Positions 53,601 through 62,812 of a stretch of DNA of 64,000 nucleotides are shown one piece after another. A model generated the notes under the pieces. It was not told the origin of the DNA and did not search any database. It saw nothing but the letters and a program-made list of their open reading frames with translations. The position numbers were made by a program, and so were the translations under genes. How positions within the stretch are numbered: position 1 is the first letter of the stretch; every line of letters starts with the position of its first letter. The DNA is from Chlorokybus atmophyticus (lineage: Eukaryota; Plantae; Mesostigma and Chlorokybus algae): positions 350,258 to 414,257 of the forward strand of contig RHPI01000575.1 in the NCBI GenBank assembly GCA_009103225.1, written 5' to 3'.

Positions 53601-53994
53601 CAGCGGGCTCGACGATGGCCATTGTGGCAGTTGCGACGGTATCGGTCGGTGGTGCGAGAGTTGTCTCAACGCCTACGGACAGAGGCACTGCTGCAGTGGG
53701 AAGTGCACCGCCCACTGGTGCAGATTCGGTAGAGATGGCGGCTGCTGCCAGTGTGCTCACCAGCGTCGGCGTCACGGTGCCCATCGGTGTACCAGGTTGT
53801 GGTGCAACTGGAGTGGGTGCTGCTGACGTTGGTGGAGTCGACGTTGTAGCCGGTGTGGCTGTTGCTGCGGAGGCAGCACCACTGGTGGCTTCGGAGGAGG
53901 TGCCTGCTGATGTTGTTGCAGCTTCCCCTCGTGCTCGTCGTGATGGTTGCACGCGGGACGGAGTGTTCCTGTCTCTCTCGCGTTTTGCAGCCAT
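50653..53994 (-). CDS. Gypsy ORF2, 5' part: unknown N-terminal region, aspartic protease, DNMT motifs I-IV; in frame with the downstream ORF across one TAG
   Basis: Protease VMMDTGAQPVII...FDLLLGQD. DNMT motif I VLELFGGIGSG and motif IV DLLIAGWECQGHSRAG. The junction reads TTC TAG GAG CTA ATG (LF*ELMRVI). Confidence 0.9.
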   Translation of the reverse strand: MAAKRERDRNTPSRVQPSRRARGEAATTSAGTSSEATSGAASAATATPATTSTPPTSAAPTPVAPQPGTPMGTVTPTLVSTLAAAAISTESAPVGGALPTAAVPLSVGVETTLAPPTDTVATATMAIVEPAVSAATRAATLPALDVTQAVPTGQQAERAWETILRGADPTTIAFGRGGERTTRVARDDRVFPLPEVHTLPALTQHQLEDEILAGTAPPMRDRVFLISYSPPVVLELALQLFWALHNNMQTAPRQPARMPTTTFEPSPLDTYRDRRDAVQQRIADAADLPLGTDEALGPPTTARLHQRYHALEQAYHWRQDQAAAITAREQALEATRAPVPQSPAAGPSSSTTPLFVETNSDQARALAQQTRGVIAPLLPALVEDLPEDQREPGRGYLTPQGCTQRDGAGLVGEQQLRTALLRQATMLHRQEGIGLRQMLGMRDNGNAARARLVTWLVTNHPAVPLFAFGARIAWVDAFLRSIRQAYDEVASAATDTLEGALEAILSLPGVEAGRQRRRIAAAHEQHVQQPETRLTVRTRAITVLEVGVVNGRWDAYMAGILRVPTITHDMRARLLRAVYLQPMPQNHRYIDVDNNATATWEGTLVREAAHAVRWTYAEEQAAREAVPQTPGPPGFPPQPLATPPGMTTAAQRVNPPAPPLGQVAAAPPVPRPPRVYQQPRQRRFGQSRGQGGPQDPSGRGALAALRSSPADENKATVSPRKRFRRFKRLRINANAAMIANQGQHVTVNGRAPKRVMMDTGAQPVIIRRYLARDLGITSAELLPCPYQLDTATGNRDKVLGLTKQAVSIRLTGLNPSHSTEVVQRCVVTDAGSFDLLLGQDYNFPVGMGLDCWTEQAWFRPHWDEDDGEEQGFLPLKLVAKARSQRRSAAAATYSSTKRSRVPRARMQPRTTATSSSPSLYAEEDSPTPYDESQETFTKEVAFQEPSERRWSAQVAAHMLLTRPQLTAHFPVYKDQATVQEQYHIATGVVEFHMFRRQQGITVLELFGGIGSGLAAVLNTETTVTKYLYCDPDPHAQEALSHHLPHLHQRYPQQLPLSALQGSQKALPQDIRWITKDHLQAVGNVDLLIAGWECQGHSRAGRGQGLSDPRSQLF

Positions 53995-55857
53995 CAGCGC
54001 CCATTGGGCAGCGTAGCAGGCGCGGTAGTCCTGCTCTTGTCTTCCTCCAAGCGCGCCATACGCGCCATGAGGGCTGCCATATGGTCATCAGCTGGTGGGT
54101 TGGCTGAAGCCTTGGCGGCAACAGCAGCAGCGCGCGGACGTGTCTCTGGTCCCTTACGCTGAGGAGGTCTGTTCTTCCCCCTGTAGCCTTGCTCTTCCTT
54201 GCGAGCACTGGCGTTGTTGTTGTTGTTACTGCCACCAGCGTTGTTGCTGTTGTGGGCTCCAGTGTTGTTGCTATTGTAGCCACTAAAGTGGTTGCCAGTG
54301 GCGCCCCCAGTGTTGTTGCTGTTGTAGCCACTGAAGTTGTTGTGGTTGTAGCTGTTGGCGGGCCTCAACTCTGGGAACTTGAGCCAGCAGACTGACTCCA
54401 AGTGACCAGTCTTGTGACAGTGGTCGCAAACCAAAGTTGAGTATTCTTCGGTGCACTCCTTTTGGTAGTGTCCATGCCGTCCACAGCGATGACACAGCAC
54501 AGGGGCAGCAAGTGCAGCATGAGCTGACCGTTTCCCTTTGTCGCGTGCTGGTGGAGCGTCCCGGCCACGGTCGCGGCGAGGAGGCTCAGTTGTCGTGCTG
54601 ACTACAGGCCGTACGGCGCTGCGGTTGGTGTCCAGCACTGCCTTCTCATACACCAAGCGCTTGTGGATGGCTTGTGCAGTCTCGAAGGCTTCTTTGAGGG
54701 TGTAGCCAAGGGGCCTGCTGTAGTTCAGAGTCAGGCGTGTCGACTCGCTCAGAGCAGCATCCAACTCATTGACGTATATCACTGCAGCAGCCTCCTCACT
54801 GACAATCTTGTAGTCAGTGTCCTTCAGCAGACCTTCCAGTCTGGAGTACAAGCGGAGGGGATCCTCATTGGGCTTGCGTCGGAAGCGTCTCAGCTCCTCA
54901 ACCTTGCTGGTGGTCTGAGGAGGGAAGGTACGGCGCAGGGCAGCGTACAGGTCCTTGAGTGGAGAATCAGAGATGGCAGCACCTACGGTGATGGCTGGTG
55001 CGCGCAGTGCTACTGACCCGAGGGTGAAAGCGCTGCCTCCTGCACGAGAGCCAGGTGTTGCTGGAGGTAGAGGAGTACCCCACTCTGCGGCTGCCGCTTG
55101 CGGTACAGCTTTTTGTTCCTCAGTGATGATGGCAGAACAGTCAAGGATGCGGACTCGACGTGTGGCCTCCTTGGACTCAACTTCTGCAGGGGTCAAGTTA
55201 ACCAGTACCAACTCCGGTTCCTCCTCCTCTGCCTGCTTGAGAGCTGCAGCTATGAACAAGCCTGTTACTGCAACTGAAGTGGCAGGTGGAACGACACCTG
55301 CTGGACGGTGCAGAGATGCAGATGCTATGGTGCTGGCAAGCTCGCCATAGCCGTCTACTCGATGCAGTTCAGCAACGGACTTCCAGACATCGTGTGCTTC
55401 ATGATCAAGATACTGTTGAGATCCGGACTAGCCCACTCGGCTAGCCTCGCGCGAGGCTAGCCGAGTGGGCTAGTCCGGATCTCAACAGATACTGAGCAGC
55501 AATGTGGAAAGAGATCTCATCTGACCAGTCTTTGTTCTTCAGAGCTTGCTGCCGCATCTTGGAGTGGAACTTGATGATGAACTCATCCAGCGAGGTGGTG
55601 CCGGCACGTCCGGAGAAGCGCAGGGATGTGGTTGAACTGGAAGATTCCATCTCGTTGTCGTCGCTGTCCGATGATAGTGGAGAAGCTTGATGATGAGGAG
55701 TAGCGTGGAGCGGGGTGAAGCTGGAGATGGAGCGCGAGCCTCTGCTGCTGCGGTCGATGCTCCCGTCGCTGGTCCGCTCGTAGGTGAGGTTGGTGGTTGG
55801 GCTCCAGCTGCTGAGGTCACCCTCGTCTATTGGGGAGAACGGGGTGGGCCTGCTCAT
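53994..55857 (-). pseudogene. Gypsy gag with two CCHC knuckles, disrupted by a 74-bp insertion
   Basis: Capsid-like FSGRAGTTSLDEFIIKF..W..AAQYL|DHEAHDVWK and RRKPNEDPLRLYSRL. Knuckles CHRCGRHGHYQKEC and CDHCHKTGHLESVC. Removing 79 bp (insert plus one TSD) leaves 1785 nt, an open 594-aa frame. Confidence 0.9.
55414..55487. mobile_element. 74-bp perfectly palindromic TG..CA micro-element with a 5-bp TSD (GATAC)
   Basis: tgttgagatccggactagcccactcggctagcctcgc followed by its exact reverse complement. GATAC lies at 55409-55413 and 55488-55492. Confidence 0.85.
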
Positions 55858-56055
55858 ACAGCTGGTCCAGAGGTGAAAGGGTAGAGTGCTTGTGCTCTAC
55901 CGTCTATCCCGATACTGTTACCACCCAACCACTGGTGCTTGTGCGCACTATGTGATGACAATGATAACGAATGCCCAGCGATGTATCCCTGGGTGCAGAC
56001 TGCACTATCTGATGCAGATTGCAACACACTCACTTGTGCAAAGAGGGTGACACTG

Positions 56056-56722
56056 NNNNNNNNNNNNNNNNNNNNNNNNNNNNNNNNNNNNNNNNNNNNN
56101 NNNNNNNNNNNNNNNNNNNNNNNNNNNNNNNNNNNNNNNNNNNNNNNNNNNNNNNNNNNNNNNNNNNNNNNNNNNNNNNNNNNNNNNNNNNNNNNNNNNN
56201 NNNNNNNNNNNNNNNNNNNNNNNNNNNNNNNNNNNNNNNNNNNNNNNNNNNNNNNNNNNNNNNNNNNNNNNNNNNNNNNNNNNNNNNNNNNNNNNNNNNN
56301 NNNNNNNNNNNNNNNNNNNNNNNNNNNNNNNNNNNNNNNNNNNNNNNNNNNNNNNNNNNNNNNNNNNNNNNNNNNNNNNNNNNNNNNNNNNNNNNNNNNN
56401 NNNNNNNNNNNNNNNNNNNNNNNNNNNNNNNNNNNNNNNNNNNNNNNNNNNNNNNNNNNNNNNNNNNNNNNNNNNNNNNNNNNNNNNNNNNNNNNNNNNN
56501 NNNNNNNNNNNNNNNNNNNNNNNNNNNNNNNNNNNNNNNNNNNNNNNNNNNNNNNNNNNNNNNNNNNNNNNNNNNNNNNNNNNNNNNNNNNNNNNNNNNN
56601 NNNNNNNNNNNNNNNNNNNNNNNNNNNNNNNNNNNNNNNNNNNNNNNNNNNNNNNNNNNNNNNNNNNNNNNNNNNNNNNNNNNNNNNNNNNNNNNNNNNN
56701 NNNNNNNNNNNNNNNNNNNNNN
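56056..56722. other. Assembly gap (N run) between the two Gypsy copies
   Basis: Run of n. Confidence 1.
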
Positions 56723-58797
56723 GGGGGTGATCGCCCCGTTGCTGCCTGCGCTGGTGGAGGATCTACCTGAGGACCAAAGGGAGCCAGGGAGGGGCTACCT
56801 TACACCACAAGGGTGTACACAAAGAGATGGAGCAGGACTGGTTAAAGAGCAACAACTACGCACTGCTCTGTTGCGACAAGCAACCATGCTGCATCGTCAA
56901 GAAGGCATCGGACTTCGGCAGATGCTTGGGATGCGAGACAATGGCAACGCAGCACGCGCACGGTTAGTGACGTGGCTGGTCACCAACCATCCCGCAGTAC
57001 CGTTGTTCGCTTTCGGCGCCAGAATAGCGTGGGTGGACGCATTCCTTCGCTCCATACGGCAAGCCTATGATAAAGTGGCTTCCGCCGCCACTGACACTCT
57101 GGAGGGAGCTCTGGAGGCGATACTGAGTTTGCCAGGAGTGGAGGCAGGACGTCAGCGCAGGCGCATTGCCGCTGCTCACGAGCAGCATGTCCAACAGCCA
57201 GAGACCCGCCTCACTGTACGCACACGAGCAATAACAGTGCTGGAAGTGGGAGTGGTCAACGGTAGATGGGATGCTTACATGGCAGGGATCCTCAGGGTGC
57301 CCACCATCACCCACGACAAGAGAGCGCGGCTCCTACGCGCAGTGTACCTGCAGCCCATGCCTCAGAACCATCGCTATATAGACGTGGACAACAATGCGAC
57401 GGCGACATGGGAAGGTACACTAGTCAGAGAGGCAGCCCATGCCGTGCGATGGACCTATGCAGAGGAGCAGGCTGCACGAGAGGCAGTCCCGCAAACACCA
57501 GGTCCTCCAGGGTTCCCGCCACAGCCACTGGCCACTCCTCCTGGCATGACAACAGCTGCACAGAGGGTCAACCCTCCTGCACCTCCACTTGGACAGGTTG
57601 CAGCAGCACCTCCAGTGCCTAGGCCACCACGCGTGTACCAGCAACCGCGACAAGGACGGTTAAGACAAAGCCGAGGACAAGGAGGCCCACAAGATCCATT
57701 AGGCAGAGGAGCCCTGGCTGCCCTATGGTCAAGCCCCGCAGATGAGAATAAAGCAACAGTCTCTCCACGCAAGAGGTTCCGTCGCTTCAAGAGGCTGCGC
57801 ATCAACGCCAATGCAGCCATGATCGCCAACCAAGGCAAGCACGTGACCGTCAATGGGCGGGCACCCAAACGCGTGATGCTGGACACTGGAGCACAGCCTG
57901 TCATCATTAGGCGCTATCTCGCACGAGATCTCGGCATCACCAGCGCTGAGCTGCTTCCCTGTCCCTACCAGCTGGACACCGCAACCGGCAACCGCGACAA
58001 GGTGCTCGGCCTTACCAAGCAGGCTGTGAGCATTCGCCTCACAGGACTAAACCCTTCCCACAGCACCGAGGTTGTACAACGGTGTGTGGTCACCGATGCC
58101 GGGTCCTTTGACCTACTGTTGGGACAGGACTGCAACTTCCCTGTCGGCATGGGGCTGGACTGTTGGACTGAGCAGGCATGGTTTCGACCACATTGGGATG
58201 AGGATGATGGAGAGGAGCAGGGATTCCTACCTCTCGAACTGGTGGCCAAGGCTCGCTCGCAACGACGATCGGCCGCAGCAGCCACCTACAGTTCTACAAA
58301 ACGCTCACGCGTGCCTCGTGCCCGAACGCAGTGTTGAAGGACTAGCATGCACATGTAGCTGAGGCAAGCATGGATACACACGGACAGAGCTACCGCCACC
58401 AGAGCATACACAAGTCACATCACATTCATCTATTACAAGTTGTCCGCTGGTTCTTATACCAGCCAGTTACACACACGTCTACATTTGCAAGCACTGCGTA
58501 AGCTATACTCAGCCTTTTGACGCGCTCTAAGCTGCGTTGTCTTCCTTACAACCAGAGCTTTCAAACAAGCTCTCACACGCCTAATATGAGTAAGTATACG
58601 CGGAGATACGAAGCAGTTAGTAAGGCTCCAGTCTGGAGTCCGGAGTCTGGTCCGACGATGCCATCTTGCTAAGTCCGGACCTAGTGCTCGTCCTTACGAC
58701 CTTCTACTCCTGTGTGGAGGGTCGATGCTGATCGTATGTAGGAATACTCTCAACACTCCCACGCGAGCAGCTTGACCTCCAACGCTTGCTCCTGTAG

Positions 58798-61700
58798 TCA
58801 AACACAGATGCCAAGTCCTGCACAACAAGTCTTGAACTTGAGTGGTGACAATGGCTTTGTCATGAAGTCCGCCAGCATGCCCTCGGTGTTGCAGTACTGG
58901 AACTCCACCTCCTTCCTTGTGACTCTGTCACGCACAAAGTGATGCATGACATCAATGTGCTTCGTCCTTGCCGAGGCGATAGGGTGCTTCAACAACTTGA
59001 TGGCTCCTTGGTTGTCACAGTTGATGACGATGCACGCCATGGGGTGCTCCAAGTCTGCCATGAGCTTGCGAAGCCAGAGTGCCTCCTTCACTGCTGCTGC
59101 CGCTGCCATGTACTCAGCCTCTGATGTAGATGCTGCTGTTGTTGGCTGCAGCCTGCTGTTCCAGCTCACCACGCCTCCGTTCAGCTTGAAGACGTAGCCT
59201 GTAGTGGACCTCCTGCTGTTGAGGTCACCAGCAAAGTCCGAGTCGCAGTAGCCCTCCAACTCAGTGCTCCCGCTCCCAAACTTGATGCCAACTGTTGCGC
59301 TCCCAGCAACATAGCGTAGTACTCCCTTTGCTGCTCTCCAGTGCTCCATGCTCGGTGCAGACATGTAGCGAGCAAGTACTCCCACAGCATGTGCAACATC
59401 GGGACGTGTGCACACTGCCAGATAGAGCATGCTGCCTACCAGCTCACCATATGGATACTGAGCCTTGTCGAGTACCTCCTCATCCTTTGCCTTGATGAGG
59501 GCAGTGCCAAGTGCCAACGGTGTGGTCTTGGTCTTCGCTTCAGTGAGCCCAAACTTGGTGACGAGTCTTCTCACCATCTGCTCCTGACTGATCTTGATTG
59601 TGCGAGCCGCCCTGTCGCGCTCAATCACCATGCCAAGGAACCACTTGGCCTCTCCAAGATCACGAACTGAGAATGCTTGCTGTAGAGCAAGTTTCGTCTC
59701 CTGCAGGTGGTGCACCTGCCTGGCGGTGATGATGATATCATCAACATACACGAGCAGCCAGACCTTGTTGTCTGCATGGATGAAGAGCCCAGGGTCTGCA
59801 GAGGATGCGGTGAAGCCAAGTGCCTCCAGCTCCTTGGTGAGCTTGATGTGCCACATACGCGGTGCCTGTCGCAGCCCGTACAGTGCCTTGATCAGCTTGC
59901 ACGCTGTGCCTCTCTCCCCTTCTTCATATCCAGGTGGTTGCTCGATGAAGATCTCCTCCTCCAGCTCTCCGTAGAGGAAGGCAGTCTTCACATCCAGGTG
60001 ATGCAGCTCTAGGTCTTCAGCAGCAACCATAGCTAGCAGTGCACGGAAGGTGGTATGCTTACTTGCAGGTGCAAACACTTCGTTGAAGTCCACACCTTCC
60101 TGCTGCAAGAAGCCCTTTGCCACCAGTCTTGCCTTGTAGCGCTCAATGTTGCCCTGACCATCACGCTTCACCTTGAAGACCCATTTCACTGGAATGGTCT
60201 TCACTCCTTGCGGTAACTGCTCCAGTGACCAAGTGTTGTTGGCATGGAGTGACGCAATCTCCTCGTCCATAGCACGCTGCCATTGCTCCGCATCTGGTGC
60301 TAACAATGCCTCCTCGTAGGTGCTTGGCTCCTCATTCTGCACACTGGCGACGTGTGCCTTGTGTAAGAAGTCAGGTGCCTTTCTCTCCCTCACTGGGTAT
60401 CTCCGAGCTGCGTGCTCCTGCTGCAGGTGCGACTGCTTGTCTGCTACAGTGGAGTCCTGCTCACCCTTATCGTCGATGATGGCCTTGCCTGTAGCCTCCA
60501 CTGTTTCAGGATGCTCCGGCTGTGCTTCATCTTCAGGAAAGAAGCCTGCTTCTGGTTGTGATAATCCCTCGTGGAAAACCACCTCTCTGCTCACGATGAT
60601 CTTCTGAGTGTCCTCGAGCAAGATCCTGTAAGCCTTGGAACCCGGTTCATAGCCAACGAAGATGCCCTTCTTGCTGACCGGCTCCAGCTTGTGCCTGAGC
60701 TGTTTAGGCACTAGTGCATATGCCGTGCATCCAAACACACGCATACCACTCACATCTGGTGTGGCTCCATAGAAGTGCTCCCACGGAGTCTTCTGCTCTG
60801 AGCTCACCGGAGACCTGTTGCGGATGTAGTTGGCAGTGAGTACCGCCTCCTTCCACAAACTGTCTTCCATCTTTGTGTCGTTGAGCATGGCTCGAACACG
60901 CTCCAAGAGTGTCCTGTTGAGGCGTTCAGCTGCTCCATTCTGCTGCGGGGTGTAGGGTGCCGTTGTCTCGTGGCGTATGCCCTTGCTGGCGAAGAACTCC
61001 TTCAACTCCTTGTTGATGTACTCCCCTCCTCGATCACTCCTCATTGCCTTCATCTTGTTGCCAGACTGGGTCTCCAACAAGGCCACAACTGTGCGCACAG
61101 CTCCAGCAACTTCTGACTTGAGCGTCAATGGAAAGATGATGGACAGCTTGCTGTAGTCGTCGAGGAATGTAGCAAAGTACCTGGCCCCTCCTTTCGCCAC
61201 AATGCGCATAGGGCCACAAACATCCATGTGCACAAGCTCGCAAGGATGCTGACTGCTAGAAGAGGATGATGGGAATGGCATAGCATGCTGCTTTGCAACC
61301 AGGCATGGTTCACAAAGTGCACCTGATGCTGTCTTGAGTTCTTCTGTGCTGAGATGGATGCCCTTGACCATCTTCTCAGCGACAAGGCGAGTGAGGTTGA
61401 CGTAGCTGAGATGCCCGAACCTCCGATGCCACAATGTTGGCGACTCCTTGTCCTTCACCACCATGGCTTGAATGTCTCTGTCTTGAGGCTGCTCCACGTG
61501 GTAGAGCCCTCCCGGATCAGCGATTCCAACCATGTGCACGACCCCATCAAGGATGACTGAGCAGCCACCCTTCCGAAATAGGATCTCCGCGCCTAAGCGC
61601 TCCGCAACCCTCACAGAGAATAGACTCGCAATAGCCTTAGGAACATGCAGGACGTTGCGTAACAACACCTCGCGTAGTGTGTTACCAACCTTGCACTGGA

Positions 61701-62685
61701 GTCGTACGTTGCCAACTCCCTCAGCCACCAGTACTTCGCCACCGAAGCCCGCCACCTTGATTGTGGACGTCAGCTTCCTGTAGCCCTCCATCACCTCCTT
61801 GTTTGGTGTGAGATGACGATCGCAGCCAGAGTCCACCACCCAGAAAGCTGTGCCCGCCCTCGAACTGGATGCAGTGAAGGCGACATGTTTCTCCTTGTGT
61901 TGGTGCTCGTTGCCGCTGTTGCTGGTGCTTGCTCTAGGTTGCCCCTGTTGTTTCTTCCTACAGTCCTTCACAATGTGCCCCTTCCAACCACACCAGTGGC
62001 ATGTGAGGTCTTTGTGACGAGGATTGCCTGGCTTGTTGCCCTTGTACTTCTCTTCATGGTTGCTCTTCTTTGCGTGCTTGCCGGTGTAGAAGGCGACGGC
62101 ATCCGCTTGCTCGTCCTTCTTCACAACCCTCTGCTCCACGGTGAGCAGCTTCGGTAGCACATCGTCCAACGTCAACTCCGATGATGACGTCTCCAGCAGG
62201 GTTGCGACGACCTCGTACTCTGCTGGTAGCCCTGCAACAATGGCCAGCACTACCTCCGTCTCCCCCATGTTGTGGCCGACGTTGATGAGGTCCGCCCACA
62301 GCTCTCTCGCGCGCGCAACATACTTTGTGATGGGTTCTGCTGCCTCCTTCCTGAGTGCGCTGAGCTGCTTGCGTAGATGCAACTTTCTGGCATTGTTCTT
62401 GGCTCTGAAAACGGCTGATAGCTTTTCCCAAGCTTGTCTACCATCTTCACATGCAGTGAGCATGGGAAAGTGATGCGGTTTGCTGTTCAACACAAGCAAA
62501 GAGTGTGCTTCTGCTGAATGCTCTGACCACACAGTGTTCGCTCCTGGTGTTGGTGGTGGTGCCTTCGGATCAACGTACTTCCACACCTTCTTGTGGATGA
62601 GCAAGGCCTTCATCTCCACGCACCATGTGTTGTAGTTGTCGGTGTCCAGCTTTGCAATCTGCCCCTTGTCGTAGGTCGCCTCCAT
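58798..62685 (-). CDS. Copia gag-pol polyprotein, uninterrupted ORF
   Basis: Gag LDTDNYNTW and CHWCGWKGHIVKDC; protease WVVDSGCDRH; integrase WHRRFGH..CEPC, VHMDVCGP, RSDRGGEY, NGAAERLN; RT YKARLVAKGF, YGLRQAPRMW, LVYVDDII; RNase H YCDSDFAGD, STSEAEY, CDNQGAI, ADFMTKPL. Confidence 0.97.
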   Translation of the reverse strand: MEATYDKGQIAKLDTDNYNTWCVEMKALLIHKKVWKYVDPKAPPPTPGANTVWSEHSAEAHSLLVLNSKPHHFPMLTACEDGRQAWEKLSAVFRAKNNARKLHLRKQLSALRKEAAEPITKYVARARELWADLINVGHNMGETEVVLAIVAGLPAEYEVVATLLETSSSELTLDDVLPKLLTVEQRVVKKDEQADAVAFYTGKHAKKSNHEEKYKGNKPGNPRHKDLTCHWCGWKGHIVKDCRKKQQGQPRASTSNSGNEHQHKEKHVAFTASSSRAGTAFWVVDSGCDRHLTPNKEVMEGYRKLTSTIKVAGFGGEVLVAEGVGNVRLQCKVGNTLREVLLRNVLHVPKAIASLFSVRVAERLGAEILFRKGGCSVILDGVVHMVGIADPGGLYHVEQPQDRDIQAMVVKDKESPTLWHRRFGHLSYVNLTRLVAEKMVKGIHLSTEELKTASGALCEPCLVAKQHAMPFPSSSSSSQHPCELVHMDVCGPMRIVAKGGARYFATFLDDYSKLSIIFPLTLKSEVAGAVRTVVALLETQSGNKMKAMRSDRGGEYINKELKEFFASKGIRHETTAPYTPQQNGAAERLNRTLLERVRAMLNDTKMEDSLWKEAVLTANYIRNRSPVSSEQKTPWEHFYGATPDVSGMRVFGCTAYALVPKQLRHKLEPVSKKGIFVGYEPGSKAYRILLEDTQKIIVSREVVFHEGLSQPEAGFFPEDEAQPEHPETVEATGKAIIDDKGEQDSTVADKQSHLQQEHAARRYPVRERKAPDFLHKAHVASVQNEEPSTYEEALLAPDAEQWQRAMDEEIASLHANNTWSLEQLPQGVKTIPVKWVFKVKRDGQGNIERYKARLVAKGFLQQEGVDFNEVFAPASKHTTFRALLAMVAAEDLELHHLDVKTAFLYGELEEEIFIEQPPGYEEGERGTACKLIKALYGLRQAPRMWHIKLTKELEALGFTASSADPGLFIHADNKVWLLVYVDDIIITARQVHHLQETKLALQQAFSVRDLGEAKWFLGMVIERDRAARTIKISQEQMVRRLVTKFGLTEAKTKTTPLALGTALIKAKDEEVLDKAQYPYGELVGSMLYLAVCTRPDVAHAVGVLARYMSAPSMEHWRAAKGVLRYVAGSATVGIKFGSGSTELEGYCDSDFAGDLNSRRSTTGYVFKLNGGVVSWNSRLQPTTAASTSEAEYMAAAAAVKEALWLRKLMADLEHPMACIVINCDNQGAIKLLKHPIASARTKHIDVMHHFVRDRVTRKEVEFQYCNTEGMLADFMTKPLSPLKFKTCCAGLGICV

Positions 62686-62800
62686 TTCTGTCGAGCCTGC
62701 CTTTCTTGCAGTTGACACCCAAGGCTCTGCTACCAACAAGCTACCGTAGTGTAGAACTACTATGCACACAAGCTAGTCTCACACTCCTCAAGCGTAGTGT

Positions 62801-62812
62801 GGGCCCATAACC
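62801..62812 (-). promoter_or_regulatory. Copia primer-binding site GGTTATGGGCCC (half-tRNA-iMet type)
   Basis: The + strand gggcccataacc directly abuts the 5' LTR. This PBS type is known from Drosophila copia and algal hemivirus-type elements. Confidence 0.8.

Larger units (their letters stand above)
46680..55857 (-). mobile_element. Ty3/Gypsy LTR retrotransposon carrying a DNA cytosine methyltransferase and a PHD finger (copy 1; LTR limits unresolved)
   Basis: The domain order gag, PR, DNMT, RT, RH, IN is Gypsy-type. A PPT-like GGGGGGGTGG (46692-46683) lies about 40 nt after the pol stop and is followed by CT-TGTTGAC, a candidate 3' LTR start at 46680. No matching 5' LTR is visible before the gap. 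Confidence 0.9.

Noticed and set aside
55860-56055. 5' LTR and PBS of the DNMT-Gypsy (candidate TGGTAACAGTATCG on the minus strand)
   Set aside because: No extended match to the sequence left of 46680, and no tRNA 3' end I can confidently assign.
56051-56055. CACTG before the gap equals the predicted TSD of the LTR at 63698
   Set aside because: A 5-mer in a non-homologous context, most likely coincidence.
55939-56730. ORFs running through N gaps (also 39556-40457) and the 56019 start of the 772-aa ORF
   Set aside because: Artefacts of translating N. Only the part from 56723 onward is real coding sequence.
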